From: Paraphysomonas bandaiensis
Taxonomy: Eukaryota; Protista; Chrysophyceae
NCBI GenBank assembly: GCA_965644295.1
Contig: CBFFRP010000424.1
Coordinates: forward strand, 122,611-186,610
Length of the DNA: 64,000 nt
Direction: 5' to 3'
The position numbers and the translations under genes are program-made. The first letter of the stretch is position 1, and every line of letters begins with the position of its first letter. Shown piece by piece: positions 38,284-49,603 of the stretch. The notes beneath the pieces were generated by a model. The model saw nothing but the letters and a program-made list of their open reading frames with translations. It did no database searches and had not been told where the DNA came from.

Positions 38284-40003
38284 CAGCACATTCTCGATAT
38301 ATCGCGGTATGTATATCGCGATACCCTTTTATATCGCGGATTTTGGTCCAGGACACTTCATCACACATAACTCTAATGGAAAACTGAGGCCATTTTCTGT
38401 TACAAGGGTAAGCATCTTTTTGGTAAGCATTCCTTACCAAAATACGCCGAAAATCAATTTCTGTTTACCCTGGTAAGCATTTTCGGGGTAAGTTTTTGAA
38501 AATGCTTACCAAAATGCTTACCCTGGAGAGAGAGTGGGGGGGTAAAATTTGGAATCCTTACCAGGTAGATTTTTTGTCGGGGTAAGGATTTTGGGGAGCA
38601 TAAAAACCTCTAGATGAACATATATCCATAGTATATTAATCACATTTATTGATAACATGAGTGATAGTGAGTCAATATAAGATCCTGTCGACGACACTCT
38701 CGTTGAATGCGAACCTGAGGATGAAATGTAATGATGCGCAAGAGTCTTTTTCTCTCATCGAAGGACGTCTGCTAATAAGAAGGATATATGTCTCATGATA
38801 TTCAATGTCGCGTGCTGCAAGAACTTCGAATACCTGTTATTGAGAAATTTCTTCGTTACATACCCTCAATAACAGGAGGCTCATGAGGCCATTCTGGAGT
38901 CATTCCCTGAGAATGCATGGAGTTCACAAATAGCAACACTTGGACACCTGATTGAAACTTGGGCAATTGAAAGCTGAATTGAAGCAGTGAGTATAAGTTT
39001 ACCTTCTGTTGTTAAGTTAATACTTCTCATATAATGTCAAACTGTGATACAGAGGATGAGTATGAGAAAACTTTTAATTGGTTAAGCAGTAGGGTTTCAT
39101 TATCAAGTGACATTATAAGACAAGTACTAATAATTCAATTTACGGAAACCTTAATGCGTGTAAGAACCAGCTATCAGGTTATTTTATGCTAATATGAGCT
39201 CTCTATTGTATATGCTTAAGTTTGTACATACCATCTGTACAACATAGGTTAAATATTGCTATGTTCTATATTGTTATTCATAATTTTCACTCTATCGTGT
39301 TCATTACTAACACTCTAATAATCACAACATTGTTTTACTATTATAAAGATCAACTCTTTATTATAATGAAACATAATGAAGAACAAATAAGAGCAGTATC
39401 ACTGCACTTTAGCAGTCAATGTCTTTAGAGGACGAAGGCGATGACGAGGATGATTGTATTAACACCAATGGAAATGATAGTGCTATTACTGCTGTGCAAG
39501 CCGACAATGCTGTTTTAATGTTACTTGATTATGCTACCCAGGAGGGGCATTCAACAGCGCATATTGAGCTCCTCAGAAAAGTGCAGAATAATATTCATAC
39601 AGAAAGGCACAAGAATCATTCTAAGGTACAAACTTCTCTGCATCAGTTTTTTCAGCACGTACTAAAGGTTCTGAAGTCCATGAAATTTAATAATTTTATC
39701 TTATTGTTAGCTAGGAATGTAGTAAGTGTGTTAAGAAATTGAATACCATAAATTCCATAAATAATGATATATTAGTAACTTATTTCACAAATTCTTTGCA
39801 TGTGCCATTCAGTACAAGGAGTACTATGCTATACAGACACGACATTGTGGATATATTGCACAGTCTTAAGCTCCTTAAACTTGCTCTCTACGACTTTGCG
39901 GAATACAGTGCTGTATTTTACTATTAAATTGTATATCGCGATATTGCGATATATCGCGATTTCCTCTCCAGGACACTTTCCGCGATATATCGAGAATGCG
40001 CTG
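38284..40003 (+). mobile_element. pogo/Tigger-like Tc1-mariner element (deleted, with nested insertions)
   Basis: TIRs CAGC(A/G)CATTCTCGATATATCGCGG at both ends, flanked by TA (38282-83, 40004-05). Remnant ORF 39419-39742 has an acidic stretch and the PIP-box QTSLHQFF typical of pogo C-termini. Confidence 0.85.
38387..38600. repeat. Cluster of GGTAAGCAT/ATGCTTACC direct and inverted repeats (probable DNA-transposon end nested in the pogo element)
   Basis: About 10 copies of GGTAAG/CTTACC in both orientations. Confidence 0.5.
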
Positions 40004-41144
40004 TACACATATCGTAGTACTGTATTACACCTACGAGCCATATGGACACGGTACGCTCCTCTCGCTACTTCTAGACTTCATCCTTCGCTCCTCAGTCACC
40101 ATCTTCTTCTTCTTCTTCTTCTCACTTGCCTCTGAGTACTCAGGCATATATGGGTGGGAAGCACGTGTCGTAAGTTGTGTCACTGATGGTTATACGACGA
40201 TTGTGGAAGTCATCCAAAGGTGCTTGTGCCCCTGCATATCCTCATATGTATCGTATGCACGGTGTGTCGGAGATATGCAGGGGATAGAGAGCACGGCAGA
40301 ACAGAGCAGTAAAGAGAGTGTCAAGAATGATCATGCAAGTGAAGGCGACGCCATGGTCATCCGTGTAACGGTCAGGAGTGTCCTGTCGCCATATCAACAG
40401 ACCAGATGGCTCTCTGTCATACTGTGTATGTCGTCATGGATAACTGTCGCTGGGCTTTACTAGCCTGGTGTCTATCTTCCTTTTGGTTAAGAGTTCCTTA
40501 CCGTGTTGTCAGTGACAAGGAGCACCGTTGATTCCTGAGAGGGCTGTCGCCGAAGTTCTTTGTTCGAACTAATATTGATTAGATTGAATTAGTGTGGAGT
40601 GTGGAGCATGAAAATCAATGATGCGTTAGTAGTTACTGTACCCAATAGTTGCTCTTTTGGCAGTACGAGCACGACCTATTGATGGCAAATACACTATCGT
40701 ATATTGCTATAAGTCATGATCTGGTATGGTACAAAACATCTCTCTTATGTGAAACAGGTCAATAAGACCTACCCTGATATTAAAATAAAAGATGTGGTAC
40801 TTACTGGATTACCTACAATCCAGTTGTTATACAATTAACTAATAAACTTTTTAACATAGATTTAAATGTTTCCAGTTTCACTTTAATACATCCAAGGCAG
40901 ACGAAACATGTAATTTTACTATATATTTTTGGATAACTAAGGTACAATATAATGTTTTCGTTACGATACTTTATATTCTCCAAAGTTAAGTCACTGTGAT
41001 GTATCTAGTACCTTCTGAAGGTTATATTCATATTAAACACTATTCGTCTCTTAACGAGAGAACATAGAATAACAACACTACACAATTGCTAACAAGGGTA
41101 TAAAGAATTAATGATACAATGATACTTCAGGATATTTGGTATGG

Positions 41145-42394
41145 CGGGATCTATTTTTCGACCTAGTCAGTTTAGTGGAATTTCCTAGTCACACCAAAAT
41201 TGGTGTAAAAAACTAGTCAAAAGGTAGAAAAACCTAGTCATTAAATAATTAGATTTTTATCATTACAATGACTAGATTGAGTAGGTGGAAGTGGGTATTC
41301 ACCTAGTCAAACAGGGGAGCATACTGTAGCCAAAATTCAAATGATATATGCCTCACACTTCGTCGTCACAGTCGAATGAAAATTTGGCTGTTTCTTTGGC
41401 GGCGTAAAAATGGGGATATTCGTCAATCACCACCGTCATCGAAATCGAAGTTAACAAATACGGCCGCTTTTCCAGAGAACTTGAAGGATCTGTCGATGTG
41501 TCCCCGGAGTTCTGTCGTTAACCAACACGTCTTACTCTGAGGACTAAATAGATATATATATACTAAATTGCGGAAGTGGTTGCACCTTGGTGCTTGCGGC
41601 GACGCTCAAGCAGCTTCTGTAGCGCTGAATAGTAGGATAATAGAATTTGTGCTGACTAGTTAAGGGTAGAGGTCTAACTAGTAGATCTAGCATTCAACTA
41701 GCCACTATATTGGAACGAGTTTTTAACGCCTATTGCTAAATAAAAAGACCTTCAATATACTAAATTGCATAAAGTGTCTTTTATAATAAGCCACTTATAT
41801 TTCGGAGCAAGTATCTTGTACAGTCAGAATGTTTCAGCTTTGATGCATCAAGTAAACTGCAAATCCTTTGGTTTCCGAACCAGTTGTTTTCAATGTGTAG
41901 AGTGGTGTGTAAGAGGTTGTAGCGTGTTGTAGTCATACTTGTGCCTTATAATTCATAGTTAAATAAGTGATGCTGATAGACCCCCAGAGAGTAAGATTTC
42001 ATCGATGTTTTCAAAGGTATCTGAAGAAAATGCATGAAGATTGTGTTGAGAGAAAGAATGGTCTACCAGCCTAGTTCAGCATTGGAGAGATCGATGGAGT
42101 TCTTCCTATGCTGCTATATACCGCTCTTTAGCTTTGTTTTGACCTGATGTATGTTGCATTGGTTCTACTTCACCTGCTATGACCTTATGCTTCTGTAATG
42201 CGTAGCTATATGCCTGTAATGTCAAGCTATAGGCCTGTAATGCGTAGCTATATGCGAGTACAATTCATGACTAGGTTTAATACTATAATTGACTAGGCTG
42301 AGTCATTTATTGCTTTGACTAGGTTTTTACACCGAAAATAGTATGACTAGGAAATTCAATCACATTGACTAGGTTCAATAATAATATATCTCTG
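41145..42394. mobile_element. Non-autonomous TIR element (hAT-like) with CCTAGTCA subterminal repeats
   Basis: About 100-bp imperfect inverted ends (GAATTTCCTAGTCA...GGTGTAAAAA(A/C)CTAGTCAAA). Flanks GTATGGC / GCATGGC resemble a degraded TSD. Confidence 0.65.
41572..41754 (+). mobile_element. 5'-truncated retroposon copy (F) with 14-bp TSD
   Basis: ATATACTAAATTGC at 41558-41571 and 41755-41768 flanks the tail motif through AAAGACCTTCA. Confidence 0.9.
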
Positions 42395-42844
42395 GCATGG
42401 CCACACGCCTTATATAATCACTACTTTTTTGTGCGTTGCATTAGCATAATTATTTTTCATATGATGGTCTTAACTCGTAACAGCTAAGTGAATTATTAGT
42501 TAGATGAGGACAAACGCAGTATCCAGTATCCAGTCATGGCTGCACCAAAGAAGAGTGTATGTTGCCTTTGAGGCTTTCGCATACGACAAATGGTTTCAGG
42601 TGTGGGGTGTGGTTACTGCATATTGAAGGAGCTAGATGTCGAAAAACGGGTGGTGGGCGATTTGGTGTATTCATTTCAATATATTACAATTGATTAGATG
42701 CTAGTGCATCACTTACCTACTACTTAGCTTTTTGTTACTTAAACATACAACGCTATTAGAACGATATCATTAAGAATCATAGTTATTTTAAGATAAAATT
42801 CAATTGTAATAAAAGAAAAACAGTATTATAAATTCGACACTCTG

Positions 42845-45403
42845 TTAGTTAATACCGATGAGGGGATGATCCTGTAAAAGAAACTTCAGTGCGATGTTCC
42901 CGCGCGGGTCGTCGGGAATATACGAACTCAACCATGCATTAAGTCGCTCAGGAATTTCAAACCACTGTAGCGGTGGTCGATAACACAGTTGCAGATCAGT
43001 AGTGCAAGTAGCAGTGCTGACGCCACATTTGGTCAAATGATTTTTCCATAGTGAATCAAGTACTTCCACAGAACCACTTGTGAAATCGTATTGTACTTGC
43101 TTTTCAGAACAAAGAGCTCCCCACGTCTGCGCTGCCTCTTGAATTGATGTATCCTCCATAAAGGAACTACACATGCTCTGTACCCACATCTTATTATCCT
43201 CTGCGTCCATCTCCTCCAGCCACTTCTGCAGCAGAGGATTTTCTACGTCCATTCTATTCAATATAAACTGGATACACTGTACACATGCAAGGACGGATTC
43301 ATCTCTGGTTTCTCCCATCATTTGCAAAAATACTTCCGATAGTTGATTTTTTCCCCGAAGTAAGCGTGCATTGTTAGCAACTTCCACGCAGTGCACTAGA
43401 AATCTCTGCTCACAGAAAGGATTCAACCTAGCAGGCAGTGACAATATATCTATATTATCCGTGTTGTACAATTTATTCATTTCACTAATTAAATCATTCA
43501 GAAGCTTATTATTGTCCACTTCTAAATCACTGTTCAGAAACAATCTGATAGAGCACATCAAGGCAACATTGACCACATCATGGTACCTCAGCGCCGAGTT
43601 ACGTGCATTCCCCACAAATTCAGAGGCATACGGAAGATATGCGGAGGGGCGGACATCTTTGTTTTTGTACTGGACCCTAGACACAGTGTCGAGCGGTAGG
43701 TCACAGATGTGCATCAGATAGTGTTTGCCAGATATGGCCCCTTTCGGAATCATCGGCATCGCATTGAGGGCATCTTCAAAAGACAATACATTAAGCTCCA
43801 CACTTCGAAGGAGGACATAGTTGCCGACCAATGACGCCAAATCATAGGAAGGCTCTTTGCCCAGCACTAACACAACTACAAAACATAGGAATTCGACTGC
43901 ATCATCTGCCCAGAGATGACGACAGTTTCCCAAATTTCCTGCCCTGTATATTTGCAACAACGCTGCAGCCATTTCGGAGTCTTTTTTATTGTAAGTAGAG
44001 CGGATGGTTTCCCACCTCGTCACCACACTATCGTCACCAGTAACCAGTGGAAAGTATACTAAATCTGGACGAATATAATCAGCACCGTTACTAACAGGAA
44101 TCAGACATTCTGGACACTGAACACGTCGGGTAATAGTACATTGCATGGTGACATCGAAATTCTCAACAATGGATACATCTAGTGCAGGAAACCTCCACGC
44201 AATTACCTTTTGCAATGATGATCCAATTTTATATTTTACAGTCGAGAAACATAAAAAGCGTAATATTTCTTCCTTGTTTTCGTCGAACAAAATCATCAGT
44301 TCAGAATAACGACTATCCTCTGATGCCATAGCATACTTCTTCTTTGCTTCCGCCTTCATCAAAGCTTCTTCCAATTTAGGAATAGTCAGTAATTTTTCTT
44401 CTAGCCCATTACATTTGTCTAACCCAGAATTCAATCTTTCAATAGCGACATCGAAGAACCGGGCAATGACAGAGCTTTCAGAGGTAGAATATGCATGAGG
44501 CACACTTAAAATTTTCCTTTCTAGTAAAAAGGAGAGTATATCGTGATGGTCATACTTGGTCTCCATGGCAGCCCGACGAAGAGCTGTCTTTGCCTCAACT
44601 GACAAGTTTTCAGTACTTTCCTCAAGAACTTTCATCATTTCCTTATGAAGATAAAAAGTTCCCTGAGCTAATAGAAAACATTGGTTCGCATCTTCTTTAA
44701 AATCAATAGGCGCAGCAGAGTTGGAAACTGATGGTGGTTTCGCGATAAGTAGTTTGTACTTATTTCCCTGAAGCATTTCGTCCTGAAAACTTCTATGGAA
44801 GTGTAAAGTTTCGGCGTCACACACCGTAATCATTTTATTGTTATGACGCAAATACAAACAAACTAGAATTAGAGTTGCATTCTCAGGTGATATTTTTCCA
44901 TTGGTCATTTCCGCTAGTGTACAAGGGTTAAGGAATCGCGATTGAGTGAGCCGAAGAGCCCAATTATCAGGAAGCTGCTGCGTCTTTCCAATCTCATCTT
45001 TGATTCGTTTCGTTATGTAAGTCATAATACCGACATTAGCACTCAGAAGACTACACGCATTATCAACTATAACCTCATCTGGAAGATCATCATACGGTCC
45101 AGAGGGACCAGGGAGGGCACTATCTCTCAAGAGGCAACCCTCCTGAAACATAACACTGAACACCTTAGCAATATCCGCCCTATGGCTATGGTACTTGAAC
45201 TCCTCGACTAGAGGATGAGACGCATCGCCTTCAAAGGCTTTAGATATCGCCCTGTAGAGGGACTGGGAGTCATCACTCATACAGTTCATCCTTCCCATCG
45301 TCTCCCAATAGACAGACTGCAGCTCATCAGACCTCTGAATATATACATTCCTCGCTATGTCGTTCATAAAGTCAGTGCCATCCATGTGTAGGGGCGTATG
45401 CAT
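42845..45403 (-). CDS. Intronless 852-aa hypothetical protein with OTU-like N-terminal motif
   Basis: Uninterrupted 2.56-kb ORF. MSDDSQSLYRAISKAFEG...H.HRADI resembles the OTU motif GDGNCLFRAxS, with Ser at the catalytic Cys position. Confidence 0.8.
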   Translation of the reverse strand: MHTPLHMDGTDFMNDIARNVYIQRSDELQSVYWETMGRMNCMSDDSQSLYRAISKAFEGDASHPLVEEFKYHSHRADIAKVFSVMFQEGCLLRDSALPGPSGPYDDLPDEVIVDNACSLLSANVGIMTYITKRIKDEIGKTQQLPDNWALRLTQSRFLNPCTLAEMTNGKISPENATLILVCLYLRHNNKMITVCDAETLHFHRSFQDEMLQGNKYKLLIAKPPSVSNSAAPIDFKEDANQCFLLAQGTFYLHKEMMKVLEESTENLSVEAKTALRRAAMETKYDHHDILSFLLERKILSVPHAYSTSESSVIARFFDVAIERLNSGLDKCNGLEEKLLTIPKLEEALMKAEAKKKYAMASEDSRYSELMILFDENKEEILRFLCFSTVKYKIGSSLQKVIAWRFPALDVSIVENFDVTMQCTITRRVQCPECLIPVSNGADYIRPDLVYFPLVTGDDSVVTRWETIRSTYNKKDSEMAAALLQIYRAGNLGNCRHLWADDAVEFLCFVVVLVLGKEPSYDLASLVGNYVLLRSVELNVLSFEDALNAMPMIPKGAISGKHYLMHICDLPLDTVSRVQYKNKDVRPSAYLPYASEFVGNARNSALRYHDVVNVALMCSIRLFLNSDLEVDNNKLLNDLISEMNKLYNTDNIDILSLPARLNPFCEQRFLVHCVEVANNARLLRGKNQLSEVFLQMMGETRDESVLACVQCIQFILNRMDVENPLLQKWLEEMDAEDNKMWVQSMCSSFMEDTSIQEAAQTWGALCSEKQVQYDFTSGSVEVLDSLWKNHLTKCGVSTATCTTDLQLCYRPPLQWFEIPERLNAWLSSYIPDDPRGNIALKFLLQDHPLIGIN

Positions 45404-45846
45404 GTATCACAAGCACAGAGAGATGTGGAACAATGAAGTGAAGTGAAGAGAGTACGTACAGGTCGGATTATAAGAGCTGGAAGAGGAGTAGCAGAAGAGC
45501 CACTTCTCCCTCAAATAGAAGTATCTGTGCGTATCGTGTGCGTACATCTGCACAGTGCAGAGCAGGATCTTACGGCTGCACTGGGTAATAGATATGTCGT
45601 ATACAGAGCAGTATACAGCAGTATCACTGGTATTCTGGTATTTTCTTGGAACTGGAGGTGTGGTGTATACGGTATACGGTGAGTATATACATATACAGAG
45701 TACACATCACCCCAGCATATGTACACACACAGCGGTGTAGTGTGTATACTGCCTGGAGCGAAGAGGATACACCAGACTCACATCCCCACAGTGTACATAC
45801 ATGTATATAGAGAGACATCAGCACAGTCCATAGCAACATAAACACA

Positions 45847-48246
45847 ATGAGCAAACGCAATAAATCAAAGAGAGGTATTGATAAGGCGCCCTTCAGTGAG
45901 TCTGTTCGGTGTTTGTTATTAGATTGGAAGGCCGGAGCATCTCTTGAGATGTGTGATAGTGATAATAGCTATGGATGGATGCTCCCTCTCGTTACAGGGG
46001 ACTCATTCACCCTTCAGTTCGATCCCTCTCTCTCCAGCTGGCAGCGGAGGGTGGTGCACAATGTTGCGGGGTCTATGGACCTCTATCACGACAGTTACGG
46101 CGACGGAGAGGACCGGAGTGTCCGTGTCAGCCGGGAACCCCTCTCTCCCTGTCCACCCTCTGCCCCTTCTTGCATTTCCAAGCCCTCTGTGGAGCCTCAG
46201 TACTTTACTCTGTCTGAGAGCACCAGGAAGGAGCATCTTCTCACTGCGGAAACTGCAGTGGGAGCGAGTTCCCCCCATGTGGACCGCAGGATCATGTCCA
46301 TGTGTCGTGATACCCCTCCAGACGCCCATGAGAACCTCTCCAACGCCACTGGACTAGATGGTTCAGTGTGTATAGTGGTGGATACACTGCTCTCCTTGCG
46401 ACACATGTGTACACTGTTGAGTAGCTGTGATGAAATTGGCTTTGATATGGAAATGCACTCCTATAGGTCCTACCACGGCATCACATGTCTCCTACAACTG
46501 TCGTGTGTGTATCATCCAGGAAGATGCTCCGAGGATTCCTGGCTTTTACATAATCTACCACCGACTGTGTCAGCCTGGCGGGAAGTAGAAGTCGACTTTC
46601 TTCTGGACACCCTGGCGGTTTCTTGGGCTGACATTGGACGCGAGTTGACACCTATATTTGGCAACCCTTCAATCGTGAAAGTGTGTCACGGGGCTCGTTC
46701 TGGGGACTTTCCTGCGCTTTACAGAGACTTCGGGGTAGTTGCAGTGTCTGTCTTCGATACACAAGAGGCTTGTAAGGTGATTGGTTGGACTACACTTGGA
46801 CTTGCCCCACTCCTTGTCAGTCTCTGTGCTCCTGGGGTGACACCTGATCAGAAGGGGGAGGATTTTATAGCAAGGAAAGAGCGTCTGAGTACTGCGGACT
46901 GGAGAAAACGGTGCGTGTTCGACAAATATGCATTTTTGTGTGTAATTTATTTCGTCAGTCCTATTCCTGATGATATGCTGGGGTATGCACGACTTGACGT
47001 AAGATTTTTAATACCGTTATACCGGTTGTTGGTGAGAGAGCTCTACGCAATGGGCCTGCGTGAGGTGACGGAAGGAGACAATGTAGCTGGTTATGATGCT
47101 ACACTTTTGGGAGGAGATTGTGATGGAAGTGGCATGGATGAGGAAAAAAACAACTCCTTGGAGGTGAGATGTCGAAGTGAGAGTGGTAATTGGGACCGGT
47201 TTAGCGATACCTGGAAGACGCATCTTAGTGGTGATGCATGCGATGACATGTTGCCAACAACTCCCGCGTATTCTGTTGCTGTCGATGGCGATTTCCCCAA
47301 AGGTGATGATGACTTGAATTGTGACAGTGACAGTGACAACTATGAGGCGATGTGGGAGGGATGGGGAGTAACAGCCGCGGGAGACTCTAGTTCGCAATCT
47401 CCTAGTAATGATGTGTATATCACTCCGCCGGAACTGGTATACGTGAAAGAAGTTTTTTGTCGTACTCAAAGTGCTGCCTCTGAACTGTGGTCACCACCTC
47501 CTGCGTATAGCCCTGGGGACGATATTCCGTCCTCATTATTCCGGAAAATCCCGGCCTATAGGAAACGGAAGAAGTCTAAAAAGTGGACAGCTAAACACAC
47601 CCATATATTTAAAAGGTTTGAGCGCCTGCTATTCGTCAAATTACATTAGCTGATATGTGCTGGTGTAGGTTAATTGTGTGGCGGGATGTTCTAGCTCGCG
47701 AGGCTGATGAAAGTCCAGCGTTTGTTTTTCCGACCGCGCTGTTGTTGGACACTGCTGCAAATCCCCCCACTTCCCATGAAGAGCTACTGAACTTGTTTAA
47801 CCCGTTGCCTGACGTCCTATCAGCCTCAAATAATAGCAAGGGACGATACACAGGTGCATTTCCTCTGCCTTTTGCCGACTAAAAGTACACTTATTATGTG
47901 CCGCGCTGTAGGGTCGGAGGGTTTACTACTGGTAGTAAAGGAAGCTTTAGATGAATGGAATATGATGGTGCCGGTTGAAGACACGAGTGCTATGGCTTGT
48001 GAGGCTGCGGTAGATTGCAGCAAAGACATTGAACGCGCTCAGCTGGTACCTCAACCTAGAGATACTTCGGTTAGCTTGTCTTCAGAGAATATGGAACTGC
48101 GTCGCTGGGTGTTGGGAGCTGCAAGCCTATTTACTCTGGGGGCGACAATATCATTTTGTACGAGAAATACTCCAGTTGAGTCCATCCGCTCTTTCATAAA
48201 TGTGATAAGTTCTACTTTAAGTCGAATTCGGTGGGCACAGAGATAG
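45847..48246 (+). CDS. RRP6/RNase D-family 3'-5' exonuclease with N-terminal R3H, HRDC and a C-terminal hydrophobic segment
   Basis: R3H: LSSWQRRVVHNVAGSMDLYHDSYGDG. DEDDy: IGFDMEMHSYRSYHGITCLLQLS, KVCHGARSGD, VFDTQEA, ADWRKR|PIPDDMLGYARLDVRFL. HRDC: WRDVLAREADESPAFVF. Introns include 46911-46958. Confidence 0.88.
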
Positions 48247-48417
48247 TGTGTAAACTGTACAATCTGTATGCGTTATTGTTTATTAGTTATGTAAAGTAAG
48301 GGAAAGTAAGCCCACTGAGAGCTGTACGTATGTAATATTCGGTATGTATTAATTTCTGTAAAACTTCAATAAAGGCTCTATTATTGCTTGCAATTTTAAT
48401 ACGGGCTATTAAATATC

Positions 48418-49396
48418 TGTTGAGTTCTGCAGTATGATGCTATATATATTATGCAATTGAAGTGAGTCAGTAGTGAATGTGTCTTATTATTAGTTATTAG
48501 CAATAAGCGTTTAAAAGTCGGAACTAACTTAGCATTGCGATTTAACTAACTAGTACTTATCTCTGATATCCTATTATATTGAAAGTCTTATTATTAGCAA
48601 TAGGCGTTAATAACCTTCACCAACTTAGTAGCTAGATGAATGCAAGACAAACTAGTTAGACCTCTACCTGTAACTAATCAGTACACACTTTCTTATCCTA
48701 CTATTTAACGCTAGGGAAGCTGCTTGTGCGTCGCCGCAAGCACCAAGGTGCGACCACTTCCGCTCTGAGTTCTTAACGTGAACATCCCGGATGCTTGACT
48801 TCAGCAGGCAGCCCAATACCCCGGTTACCCTTCAGGTGAGCCCTGTCCCGGATGCCCTTGAGGTGGGCCCATTCCCGAATGCCTGTTTATTAGTTTTATC
48901 AAGGCCCCAAGGATGTCTACACAAGTGGCACTTATTAGTTTCATTAGTATCCCTTGTACCGCGCAAGCATTAGGCTATGAGCTATGAGTGGGCAGAACAG
49001 TATCTGCTGACTATATATATGCGGCTCACGTTCGTTTCCCAGCAGAGAAATATCTCCGGTACTTATCCCCCACTGAAAATATACCGCGAAAAGGTGTGAT
49101 TCCGACATTGTTGAGTGTTGATGTGAGCTTCTAGTGTGCAATAGGTGAAATCAACTCATCGGTGTAACGGTGTAATTCAGTAACTGATGCGTGACTATAT
49201 GTAAGATACGGGAGTGACTGGTGAACGTATTATGATAAACAGTAAACAGTTGTTGCTGAGAAGAGATGTTCACCAGATTCATATGTTGTGAAGTGTTTAG
49301 ATTAATAATTAGAACCTTACTTGGAAGTGCATTGTGCTCAACAAAGAAAGCTTAAGGTTTACATGTAGAGCAAATTTACCCTGTCCAATTCTAAGA
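48418..49396. mobile_element. Solo LTR (same family as 3827-4176) interrupted by retroposon copy C
   Basis: TGTTGAGTTCTGCA...GTCCAATTCTAAGA. Flanks ATATC/GTATC (degraded 5-bp TSD). The LTR halves at ~48418-48470 and ~49131-49396 match 3827-4176. Confidence 0.8.
48577..49117 (-). mobile_element. Full-length retroposon copy C (ribozyme-like head at 49025-49117)
   Basis: Colinear with copies A and B. Preceded by an extra diverged tail fragment at ~48480-48575. Confidence 0.88.
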
Positions 49397-49603
49397 GTAT
49401 CTACTCCACTACAAGCAATATTATTTCCTATGTATTATATACAAAATACTACTCTGCCTTCCTCACAATAATGTCTGGAAGTATGTTATACAAATAATGT
49501 AAACGGCATTGTGCTTATTGACATATTACTTATTTACAGTCAGGTAAATAGCCAGAGAACACCGGATGAGCTAGGATTCGGCATTCAGCAAGATCATATT
49601 GTT

